Positions 41,208 to 49,992 of a stretch of DNA of 64,000 bases are shown here, one piece after another. The stretch's first letter is position 1, and each line of letters starts with the position of its first letter. This DNA is from an uncultured delta proteobacterium (GTDB lineage Bacteria > Desulfobacterota > Binatia > UBA9968), in NCBI GenBank assembly GCA_963804165.1, contig CAWDPO010000003.1, forward strand, positions 256,359 to 320,358, in the 5' to 3' direction. The notes beneath the pieces are model-generated. The model saw only the letters and a program-made list of their open reading frames with translations. It did no database searches and was not told the origin of the DNA. The position numbers were made by a program, and so were the translations under genes.

Positions 41208-41291
41208 GTTTAACGGAATGCGCATAACCGGCGCGCAAACGCAAGTGCAGCGCCGCTGTTTGCGCGTCCGTGTCGATGCGCGGGTTTAGGC
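41208..41291 (-). other. attC site
   Basis: GCCTA(A)AC CCGCGC ATCGAC ACGGACGCGCAAAC ... GTTTGCGCGCCG GTTAT GCGCATTCC GTTAAAC; R'' contains the TIR gene stop. Confidence 0.82.
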
Positions 41292-42314
41292 GCCCGGCTT
41301 AAGGGCCAGCAGAAGTTGATCACACGCGCTTCCAATCTTGGCCAGATCTCCTTCGCGACAGTCAGCATAGTTCCGATACTTCATATAGGTGGGAAGATTA
41401 GCGCTGTAGAGGTAGACGGGGAATATGATGTCCTTATCACTCTCACGACTTCTGACCCAAGCGATGTTGAACTCCTCTTTGCACACCTTTGACCTTAGGT
41501 AATCCGGGGAAAAGATCGCAACAACTTTACGACAGCGGTCCAGGCTTTCAAATATCTCCGGCTGCCATGCCATACCCACGTTGATGCTCTTGCGGTCCAG
41601 GAAGATTCGAATCTCAGGATGTTTCTGAGTCAGCAGCTGTTCAAACCTATCCACATCTGGTGAATTCTCGTGCGCGTAGCTGACGAAAACGTCGAAATCA
41701 GCTGGTCCTTCCGAGGACGGTGTAGCCATGCTCTGGTATTTGCTTGCCCAAGCGCTGAACACAGCCTCAGCTTCCGCTGATTGCGCGTCCGAATACGCAA
41801 CAATTTTCAACAGGTCGAGTGGTAGACCCTGCTCCATCCAATGTAGCGCCGCATCGAGCAGTGGCTCAAGCATGTTTTTGACGGACCATCCTTGATCTCC
41901 AGCAGCCACAATTGGCATCGCGGCCGATTTGATCTCAGATCTTTGGCCTAGGATGGGTGTCAGCGCTCGAAATATGTCTCCGACGACTGCTGGAGGACTG
42001 CCGCGAACCAATGGTTCGAAACAGAGAATACGATGAAAGCCGAAAGTTGAGAACGGTAAAGCCTGTGAGAGCCAGCATGAAAAGTTCACTCTTAGGTCAA
42101 GCTCCTTTGTTGCAGCTAGCTGTGCAACGGCTAACCCCTTTCGGTGTAGCGCGCCGATTAGAGAAGTCTTGGTTGGTATGTAATCGTTCGGAAAAGCTGA
42201 CACGATCAACAGATCAAACGCGTCTTCTGGCCCCGGCAAAGTCAGGTCGCCCTTCAGGAGTTCGATTCGTTTGTTCGCATGCCCACGAACATTAATGGTA
42301 GCTAGTAATTTCAT
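41286..42314 (-). CDS. Macro-like domain fused to C-terminal TIR domain
   Basis: IELLKGDLT and AMPIVAAGDQG macro-type motifs; FDVFVSYAH, IFLD, FSPDYLRSKVCKEE TIR motifs. Confidence 0.85.
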   Translation of the reverse strand: MKLLATINVRGHANKRIELLKGDLTLPGPEDAFDLLIVSAFPNDYIPTKTSLIGALHRKGLAVAQLAATKELDLRVNFSCWLSQALPFSTFGFHRILCFEPLVRGSPPAVVGDIFRALTPILGQRSEIKSAAMPIVAAGDQGWSVKNMLEPLLDAALHWMEQGLPLDLLKIVAYSDAQSAEAEAVFSAWASKYQSMATPSSEGPADFDVFVSYAHENSPDVDRFEQLLTQKHPEIRIFLDRKSINVGMAWQPEIFESLDRCRKVVAIFSPDYLRSKVCKEEFNIAWVRSRESDKDIIFPVYLYSANLPTYMKYRNYADCREGDLAKIGSACDQLLLALKPGA

Positions 42315-42403
42315 ACGAAAGCTCCGTATGCGAAGGGGTGCCTAACTACTGAATCGCTCGGTCTGCCGAATTACCGAAGCTAGCTTTCGATCACATTGTT
42401 CGG

Positions 42404-42432
42404 TTTGTATTGTTAAAAGGATGGCTTGTCAA
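42404..42432 (-). promoter_or_regulatory. Putative Pc-like sigma70 promoter reading into the cassette array
   Basis: TTGACA-17 nt-TACAAA, about 60 bp before the GTTAGGC core site at 42346-42340. Confidence 0.55.
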
Positions 42433-42624
42433 ATTTTTTGTCTCGCAGATTCTGCCGACCAACATAGACCAGTTTTCCCCGATAGGGCTGACAATAAATC
42501 GTTAGCAACTCACCAGCGCGGTTCTCTCGCCATCATGTTGACGGAAGTTATAGCACGGTAGTAGAAGAACAGTAGAGCGCCAATTTGTATTTCTCATGTA
42601 AACTACTTTGTCGGAGGCGTGGGT

Positions 42625-43671
42625 ATGAAACGATCTTTCCCCGTCATCGACGCTGACGGCCATGTGCTCGAGCGGGATCGTGAGCTGAGGGAGTTTCTGC
42701 CGGCGGAGTTTCGAGCGGTGCCGGGGAAGCGCGAGTATCCGCTGTTTTCTTGGGATGGCTGGGCGCGCGGGGCACTGTCGCCTCATAAGCGCGAGCATCC
42801 GAGCGTAGAGCTCTGGATGCGCTTTCTCGATGCGACGGAAATCGCGCTGACGGTGCTTTATCCGAACGAGGGTTTGAACATCGGTCTGCAGCGCGATCGC
42901 GACTGGGCCGTGGCCTTGGCGCGGGCGTATAACGACTGGCTGCATCATGATTTCTTGAGTGCGAGTCCGCGTTTTCAAGGTGTCGCTTTGCTCGCGCCGC
43001 AAGAGCCCGGCGAAGCGGCCAAGGAATTGGAACGGGCCGTGCGCGATCTCGGCATGATCGCCGGCATGTTGCCCGGTGTGATGAGCCCGATGCGCGGTCT
43101 CGGATTGCCGGAGTTCGATCCGATTTACCAGATGGCTGAGCGTCTCGATGTGCCGCTGGCCGTGCACAGCGGGCCGGCGGTGGAGCTGGGGCTTGATCAT
43201 TTCCAGTCTTTTGCCGGAGTTTATCCACTGAGCCATCCGTTCGCGCAGATGCAGCAACTGACGAGCATGATGATCTACGGCGTGTTCGAGCGGTTTCCGA
43301 AGCTGCGGGTGGCGTTTTTAGAATCGGGCTGCGGTTGGGTGCCGTATTTGGCGGATCGCTTGGATGAAAGCTGGGAACATCGGATCAAACGATGGCCGCA
43401 CCCGACGAAACGATCGCCGAGCGAGATCATGCGCGGCGGGAATCTTTACTACGTCTGCGAGCGGGAAGAGAAAACTCTGGCAACGGTGGCCGACCTGATC
43501 GGCGCGGGACAGTTGCTTTGGGCATCCGACTTTCCGCACGAGCGGCCCTGGGAAGAGTTCAGTGGTGATATCGATACGTTAATCGAGCGAAAGGATCTGC
43601 CGGAGTCACTGCCGCGAAAGATTCTTTTCGACAATCCACGCAGGTTTTATAAACTGAAGATGGAAGGCTAA
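42625..43671 (+). CDS. Amidohydrolase-2 family protein (decarboxylase/hydratase-like)
   Basis: IDADGHV, AYNDW, VH, FLESGCGW, WASDFPH. Confidence 0.9.
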   Translation: MKRSFPVIDADGHVLERDRELREFLPAEFRAVPGKREYPLFSWDGWARGALSPHKREHPSVELWMRFLDATEIALTVLYPNEGLNIGLQRDRDWAVALARAYNDWLHHDFLSASPRFQGVALLAPQEPGEAAKELERAVRDLGMIAGMLPGVMSPMRGLGLPEFDPIYQMAERLDVPLAVHSGPAVELGLDHFQSFAGVYPLSHPFAQMQQLTSMMIYGVFERFPKLRVAFLESGCGWVPYLADRLDESWEHRIKRWPHPTKRSPSEIMRGGNLYYVCEREEKTLATVADLIGAGQLLWASDFPHERPWEEFSGDIDTLIERKDLPESLPRKILFDNPRRFYKLKMEG

Positions 43672-43765
43672 ATCATCGTTCAAGGTTCAAGTTTGGGAGG
43701 GGAGTCCGACCTTGAACCTTGAACATTTGAACCTTGAACGGCAAGCAATCACTTAGGGGAGTTCG

Positions 43766-44675
43766 ATGCGGGTACTGATTACCGGCGCAGGCTTGATCGG
43801 CACGCACACGGCCAGGGAGTTGATCGATCGCGGTGACGACGTCACGTTCTTCGATTTCGCGCCGCGGCCGGATTACATCCGCCATGTGACCGGACGGGAT
43901 TTACCGGTGATTCGCGGCGATATTCGCGACCTGGCGGCGCTCGTGGACGCGTTTCAGCAAGTTCGTCCCGAGTGCGTGATTCACCTGGCGGCTTCCGTGG
44001 GCGAAGCGAACATCAATAACGTCTACACCGGCTTTCAAGTGAATCTGGTCGCCACCATTAATGTCGCCGAAGCGGCGCGACTTACCGGCGTGCGCCGGCT
44101 GGTGCACGCGAGCACACAGGCGCTTTACGTCGGCGAAGATCCGAAGGAGTTGCTGCGCGAGGATTCGCCGATCGACTGTCGAGAGCGTGTCTACAATGCG
44201 TCGAAGTTGGGCTGCGAGCATGTGCTGCGAACCTACGCGGCAAAACACAAACTCGAGTTGGCGTTGCTGCGCTTCGCTGGCGTGTACGGCTACCATTCCG
44301 TTGCCGGCGGGCCGGGCGTCGCGGTGCAGCAGGCGGTATGGGACGCGATGGCGGGCAAGCCAGTAACGCTAAATGTCTACGAGAGTGTCGATTTCATCTA
44401 CGCCAAGGATTTGGCCAACGGAATTGCGCTTGCCGTCCATACGTCGCCGCTGCCGCACCAAGTTTACAATCTTGGCAGTGGCACGCTCACGACGGTAGAA
44501 CGACGTCGAGAGTGCGCTGAGAATAATATTTCCAGGACTTACCATTAGCCGCGGCAAACTGACACCCGCCCGGCCGCGGATGGACATCACGCGGGCGCGA
44601 ACCGAACTCGGGTTCAATCCCGAGTATAAGTTGGAAGCGGGCTTACGGGACTACGTCGCGCAGTTGAAGAAGTGA
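43766..44675 (+). CDS. NAD-dependent epimerase/dehydratase; +1 frameshift near 44501
   Basis: TGAGLIG, YNASK; shifted frame gives [22 protein letters not shown]...* ending 44675. Confidence 0.85.
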
Positions 44676-44739
44676 AGAGATTAGCCGTAAAGGGCGCAGA
44701 GAATTTTGGGCCATACTGTAAAAGTTCGGCGAGCCTGAA

Positions 44740-44843
44740 TGTCATTCTGAGGAGCCTGCGACGAAGAATCTGGTTTTTCTTTTTCATGGGATTGGGGAGA
44801 TGCACCGAGCAAAGCAGATCCTTCGCTAGCGCTCAGGATGACA
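44740..44843. repeat. TGTCATTCTGAG..GAAGAATCT REP doublet
   Basis: Inverted pair TGTCATTCTGAGGAGCCTGCGACGAAGAATCT / AGATCCTTCGCTAGCGCTCAGGATGACA; same family at 55151-55250 and flanking the IS110. Confidence 0.8.
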
Positions 44844-44989
44844 GCCAACGCGGGTATGTTGATGGCATCCGCAGGCTGCTCAATGTTTCGAATGAATTTT
44901 GTTAGGGTGACCCTTGTCGAACCAGGAATTCGCCACGAACCGCCAAACGCAACGTAGCTTATAGTAGGAGATCACAAAGGAGAAGTCTC

Positions 44990-45964
44990 ATGAAGATCGC
45001 GGTCATCGATGATTATCAAAATGCCTTTAAGACGTTGAAGTGTTATCCAAAGCTTGCCGGCCACGAGGTGATGATTTACACGGAGCCGGAAACAAATTTA
45101 GAGAAAATTGCCGAGAGATTGAAAGATGCCGATGCGGTGGTGCTCACCCAACAGCGCACAGCATTTCCGCGCGCGCTGGTCGAGAAGTTGCCGAAGCTGA
45201 AATTGATCGGCCAGACCGGACGGGCGGCGACCCATGTCGATTTAGAAGCTTGCACGGAAAAAGGGATTGTCGTTTCTGCCGGCGGATCGGGCAAATCCAA
45301 TGCGACGGCAGAATTGACTTGGGGCCTCATCCTGAGCGCGCTCAGAAACTTGCCGTTCGAAGTGAAGCAACTCAAAGAGGGACATTGGCAATCAACGCTC
45401 GGCACCGGTGTCGACGGGAAATCGCTTGGGATTTACGCGTACGGCAAAATTGGCAGCATCGTGGCGGGCGTGGGCAAAGCGTTCGGCGCGCGCGTCGTAT
45501 GCTGGGGACGCGAAGGATCCACTGGCCGAGCCAAAGCCGCTGGTTTCGAAGTCGCGAAAAGCCGTGAGGAGTTTTTTGCCGAGTGCGATATCATCAGCCT
45601 GCATTTACCGCTTAACAAAGACACGCGCGGTATCGTCACGCGCGATGACCTGACGCGCATGAAGCCGACGGCGTTGCTCGTAAACCCCAGCCGCTCGGGG
45701 CTGATCGCGAAGGGCGCGTTGGAAGAGGCGCTCAAAGCGGGCCGACCGGGCAGAGCGGCGGTCGATGTTTATGACCAAGAGCCGGTGCTTGGCGCCGATC
45801 ATCCGCTGCTTAAAATGGACAATGTCACCTGCACGCCGCATTTGGGTTACGTCACGCGGGAAAGCTACGAAGAATATTATGCGACGGTGGTCGATGATAT
45901 CGTCGCGTTCGCGGCAGGTAAGCCCAATCATGTTTTGAATCCCGACGCCGTTGGAAAAAAGTAA
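44990..45964 (+). CDS. D-2-hydroxyacid dehydrogenase family protein
   Basis: IDDYQ, YGKIG, SLHLPL, VDVYDQEP, TPHLGYV. Confidence 0.92.
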   Translation: MKIAVIDDYQNAFKTLKCYPKLAGHEVMIYTEPETNLEKIAERLKDADAVVLTQQRTAFPRALVEKLPKLKLIGQTGRAATHVDLEACTEKGIVVSAGGSGKSNATAELTWGLILSALRNLPFEVKQLKEGHWQSTLGTGVDGKSLGIYAYGKIGSIVAGVGKAFGARVVCWGREGSTGRAKAAGFEVAKSREEFFAECDIISLHLPLNKDTRGIVTRDDLTRMKPTALLVNPSRSGLIAKGALEEALKAGRPGRAAVDVYDQEPVLGADHPLLKMDNVTCTPHLGYVTRESYEEYYATVVDDIVAFAAGKPNHVLNPDAVGKK

Positions 45965-46014
45965 GCGGCTGTGGATATCGGCAAAGCTGCAACCAATGAA
46001 GTGAAAATTATTGC

Positions 46015-46093
46015 ACCACAGAGGCACAGAGTTCCCAGAGTTCAGAGTATTATTTTAGAAATTCTTTCTGCGTACTCCGCGCCTCCGCGGTGA
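46015..46093. repeat. CACAGAG 9-mer repeats with inverted CT(C)CGCG units
   Basis: CACCACAGAGGCACAGAGTTCCCAGAG ... CTGCGTACTCCGCGCCTCCGCGGTG. Confidence 0.6.
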
Positions 46094-46156
46094 GTTCACT
46101 TTAGAGCGTACCGCGGTCTCTTCACGAACACTCCGGAAAAGGTTAATTACCTTAGC

Positions 46157-47857
46157 ATGATGTCACAGCGGTCGGTGCTCGTGGCGCACCTGGTGCTGCT
46201 CACGGCTCTTTGCGGCGTGCTTTACTTTCCCTATCTCGGCAGTACGCCGTTTTTCGATAGAGGCGAGCCGCGAGAAGCTATGGCGGTGCAGGATATCGTG
46301 CTGCGCGGCGAGTGGTTGTTTCCGCTCAAGCGGGCGACGGATTTGCCGTCGAAGCCGCCGCTGTTTCATTGGTCGGCGGCATTGACCGCCCAGGTCACCG
46401 GTAAATTGGATGAAGCGACGATCCGGTTTCCGTCTGCGCTTTACGCGACGCTGGGGGTTTTGCTCGTCTATATTCTTGGCCGAAAATTATACGGTGGTGA
46501 AGTCGGGCTGCTTGCCGGGGCGATTCTGGCAACGACGATGGTTTATCAATACCAGGCGGTGGACGCGCGTGTCGATATGACTTTGAGCTTTTTCGTGACG
46601 GCTAGCTTGATTCTATTTTATGCCCTCTACAGGAAATTTTTGGTTCACCAGCTTTGGTATTTTCTACTGTACGCCCTCGTCGGTATCGGCACCCTTGCCA
46701 AGGGTCCGCTAGGGATATTGCTGCCCGCCGTTGTAATCGGCGTGTTTCTCGCGTTGAAAAGACGATGGGATCTGGTCATCAAGTTTGCCTTTCATCCCGG
46801 TGTGATCGTGACTTTGGTGGTGGTGGTGGGCTGGTACGGTCTCGCGATCACGCGCGGCGGCGAAGGATTTGTCGATCGCCAACTACTGGAGGAAAATCTG
46901 GAGCGCTTCTTCGGCGGCTCCGGCCATAGCAGCGCGTTTTACTACTATCTGCCGTATCTATTTTCCCTCGGAGTACCATGGTGCCTGTTTTTCCCGTTGG
47001 TTTTTTGGGATTCGGGCCGGCGAGGCCTCCTTGCCGACGATGATCGTCTGTTTCTCATCGCGTGGGCGGCCGGCATGTTCGTGTTTTTTTCCATTGCCAT
47101 GGGCAAGCGCGCCGTCTATTTATTGCCGATTTTTCCGGCGATTGCTTTGATAACCGGTGTTTGGTTTTATCGCCGTACGTCGGAAGTAGGAGTCAAATTA
47201 TGGGTCCTTCGCGCGGTCGCTTTTTTTGCCGGCTTGACGGGTCTGCCTTTGCTTCTTCTCGCGGTGGGCGACTTGTGGGTGCACGATCCCAGCTGGTTTT
47301 TCTCGCCGGTCGAACGATTTCTTAAACCGAAAGATCTCGCGAATTTCGAAGTGGTGCGCAGCAAAATTGCCAGTTTCGGTTGGCGTTTTGATGCGCTTGC
47401 GCTGTTCTTGGCGCTGCTGTGGTTTTCTCTGGGATATTGTATTTGGACCAGACGGCTGCGGCTGGCGGCGCCACAGTTGGTGCTGATTACAATATTTACC
47501 ACCTTCGTCAGCCGAGGATTCGTCATTCCTGAGATTGCCGATGTTAAGAGCTACCGCGAATTCGTCGCGGAGGTAAGCCGGCGCGTTAGCCCGAGCGAGA
47601 AGATCTACCTGTACGGAGAGTTCAACAGCGATTCGGTGGTGTTCTATTACGGTGGCACGATCGACCAGCTCGAGCAGTCTCCAGCGACGCTCGCGCCAAA
47701 AATCGGCTACGGCAACGCCTATGTCGTTATGCCGGTGCAGTCTTGGAAAGAAATACAAAAGACCAAGCCCGGAACGCCCGCGCCGCTCGCGATCAGTAAA
47801 GGGACCGGCCCTGAGGGCGACGCTCCCTTGGTGCTGGTGCGGGCCAACATTTCCTAA
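46157..47857 (+). CDS. ArnT/PMT-like GT-C membrane glycosyltransferase
   Basis: DRGEPRE, SKPPLFHW, ARVDM, LAKGP, KRAVYLLP; many TM helices. Confidence 0.9.
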   Translation: MMSQRSVLVAHLVLLTALCGVLYFPYLGSTPFFDRGEPREAMAVQDIVLRGEWLFPLKRATDLPSKPPLFHWSAALTAQVTGKLDEATIRFPSALYATLGVLLVYILGRKLYGGEVGLLAGAILATTMVYQYQAVDARVDMTLSFFVTASLILFYALYRKFLVHQLWYFLLYALVGIGTLAKGPLGILLPAVVIGVFLALKRRWDLVIKFAFHPGVIVTLVVVVGWYGLAITRGGEGFVDRQLLEENLERFFGGSGHSSAFYYYLPYLFSLGVPWCLFFPLVFWDSGRRGLLADDDRLFLIAWAAGMFVFFSIAMGKRAVYLLPIFPAIALITGVWFYRRTSEVGVKLWVLRAVAFFAGLTGLPLLLLAVGDLWVHDPSWFFSPVERFLKPKDLANFEVVRSKIASFGWRFDALALFLALLWFSLGYCIWTRRLRLAAPQLVLITIFTTFVSRGFVIPEIADVKSYREFVAEVSRRVSPSEKIYLYGEFNSDSVVFYYGGTIDQLEQSPATLAPKIGYGNAYVVMPVQSWKEIQKTKPGTPAPLAISKGTGPEGDAPLVLVRANIS

Positions 47858-48136
47858 CGCGGTGTCTCGGAAGTTCGGACGCTGGCAGTAGATGGAATCG
47901 AACGCAAAAGAGAGAATTTTCTCTGTGCGGTTCGCACCCTTTGTCGACAAAGAACCAAGGGGAAATTTTCCGACGGAATCACGCAGCAATAATCAAGCCG
48001 GGTCGGGACACTAGCGAGGTGTAACACGAACGGCTTGTGCCTTGACCGTTCACTCCTTCGATGACCCTCAGGACAGGCTCGGCTCGTCGAAGGGGTCTTC
48101 GAATCTAGAGGCGAATCAACTGTTACAGTCCGCTAG
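47858..48136. mobile_element. Two abutting MITE-like elements sharing CTAG at 48011-48014
   Basis: First ends GGGACACTAG (family of 32097); second runs CTAGCGAGGTGTAACA..TGTTACAGTCCGCTAG (family of 29496). Confidence 0.65.
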
Positions 48137-48846
48137 GATTCCTAGCTTCATCCTTTTTAAAGACAATATCCGTAAATCTCGGTGTTAGCTCGTCCCCCAT
48201 ATAAGCGACGGTTAAGAAGTCATATACATGAAAACCACGTTCTTTCATAAAAAGGATTAGCTCTTCGAAACTGTAACCATCTTCAAACCTTCGAGCAACA
48301 GATACCTCCGCAATTACCGCTTCCGTTATTCGCAATAATTGACTAGCCTTGTAGTGCTTCGAGTTCGTATCCCTCGGTATCTATACTTGAGCAGTATCGG
48401 AATTTCAAAACCCTGGTTCTCTCGAAAAATTGTATCGAGTGTGGTCACATGAACCTGCCTCTTATGAAGTGGATTGTTTGTTCTTGTGAGTCGTGACCTG
48501 TCTTGAAAAGATGACATGTGTAATGTTTCGTGTCGACATTTATCTCCTTTACACCTTCTGTGTTGCTCACACCCTTATAGTAAACCGCACATTCATACTG
48601 TCTTGCTATCTGATTAATAGCGGCCTCGTAATCCCTCAGGGGCTCGACTAATACAAACTTGGCTGTTGGATAAGCCTGGTATAGTGCCGGCGTGCCATAG
48701 CCAACTCCAACATCGATAACCGTCCTTGGCTGACATATTCGAGAAAGATAGGACTGATTGAATCCTCTCTGGAATTCTGTCCGCCTCTTGACTCTGGTTA
48801 TTTGGTACCCACATTTGCGGAGTGCGTTGTTTATTAACTCTTTCAT
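48123..48846 (-). CDS. FkbM-family methyltransferase, multiply frameshifted
   Basis: VIDVGVGYG, VEPL, VTTLD, LLK-IDTEGYELE pieces in different frames; low GC. Confidence 0.8.
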
Positions 48847-48889
48847 AACTAAGCGGGGCTCCCTGTTGCCGCATCCGGCTAGCGATCGT

Positions 48890-49882
48890 CTACTTGAAAA
48901 CCCCTTCTTTTTCTAACTCCTTCAGCGCTCGCATGTCGACGAAATCGTCGAGCTTGAGCGTTTTTCCTTTCGCCTCTTTACCGATTTCGTCCAACACGGT
49001 TTGTAGTCCGGCTTGAGTCGGAAACGGGCGCGGATCGAGAACGCGGATGCTGCGTGAAAGCGCATAATCTATGGTTTCTACGTCGTCGGTTTTCAATGAC
49101 GCACGGATCGCTATTTTTGCGTTCGTCGCGTCGGCCTGAAGCGCGCGGATCGATTCTGACATGCTCTTGATGAGCACTTTAGCCAATTTTAGATTGCGGT
49201 CTAGGTAGGACCCCATCATGTGCAGCGCCAGGAAAGGGTATTCGATCTTGGTGTCGGCGAGATCGGCAAGGATATTAAAGCCCTCTTTTTTCGCCTTGGG
49301 CACGAAATCCGCTGCCATGATGGTCCCGTCGACGGTGCCGCTCAGGATCGCAGCCATGCGCGCCCCCGAATTACCAATTTGTAAGGTGGTCACATCCTTG
49401 TCGGGGTCCAAGCCGCCGTCTTTGAGTGCTAGATTACTTTGAAAGTGCGATCCCGAACCAAAGCGGCTGACCGCGATCCTTTTGCCTTTTAACTGTTTCA
49501 TGGATGTGATCGATGGGGCGGTGATGTAGACGTGATTGAATCGATTGGCGATAACGGCGACGATGCGCATGTCGGCACCGCGCATTTTCGCCAGCATAGC
49601 TTCCGAGCCTTGTGACAACGAAACGTCAAAGGTGCCGGCGATCAGCGCTTGATTGAGCAGCGAACCGCTGTTGACGTAGACGACCTCTACGTCGAGTCCG
49701 TTGCGGCGGAAAATGCCCAAGCGTTTGCCGATTTCCAACGAATAGCTGCTCATTCCCGTGCCGCTATAGCCGAGGCGAATTTTTTCGAGGGTCTGTGCCG
49801 GTAGGTTGCCGGCAAAACCGACCGTCCCCAGCAGCATCACAAAAACGACCCGAAGTGTCCGTGGGTTCAACAGCATTTTCAT
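48890..49882 (-). CDS. ABC substrate-binding protein, NMT1/THI5-like
   Basis: Signal peptide; RNGLDVEVV, LKGKRIAVSRFGS. Confidence 0.88.
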   Translation of the reverse strand: MKMLLNPRTLRVVFVMLLGTVGFAGNLPAQTLEKIRLGYSGTGMSSYSLEIGKRLGIFRRNGLDVEVVYVNSGSLLNQALIAGTFDVSLSQGSEAMLAKMRGADMRIVAVIANRFNHVYITAPSITSMKQLKGKRIAVSRFGSGSHFQSNLALKDGGLDPDKDVTTLQIGNSGARMAAILSGTVDGTIMAADFVPKAKKEGFNILADLADTKIEYPFLALHMMGSYLDRNLKLAKVLIKSMSESIRALQADATNAKIAIRASLKTDDVETIDYALSRSIRVLDPRPFPTQAGLQTVLDEIGKEAKGKTLKLDDFVDMRALKELEKEGVFK

Positions 49883-49992
49883 CAAAGCCTCGTATATCCG
49901 CTCGGAACGGGGCATGTTAATTCCACTCTTGACGAAGCACAAGACAAAAAGAGCATGGGAATTGGACCTAAAACAATTTACCACTCGATCGC

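Larger units (their letters stand above)
36581..42507 (-). mobile_element. Integron gene-cassette array without adjacent integrase (CALIN)
   Basis: Eight co-oriented, unrelated, lower-GC genes separated by RYYYAAC..GTTRRRY sites; no tyrosine recombinase in the window. Confidence 0.85.
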
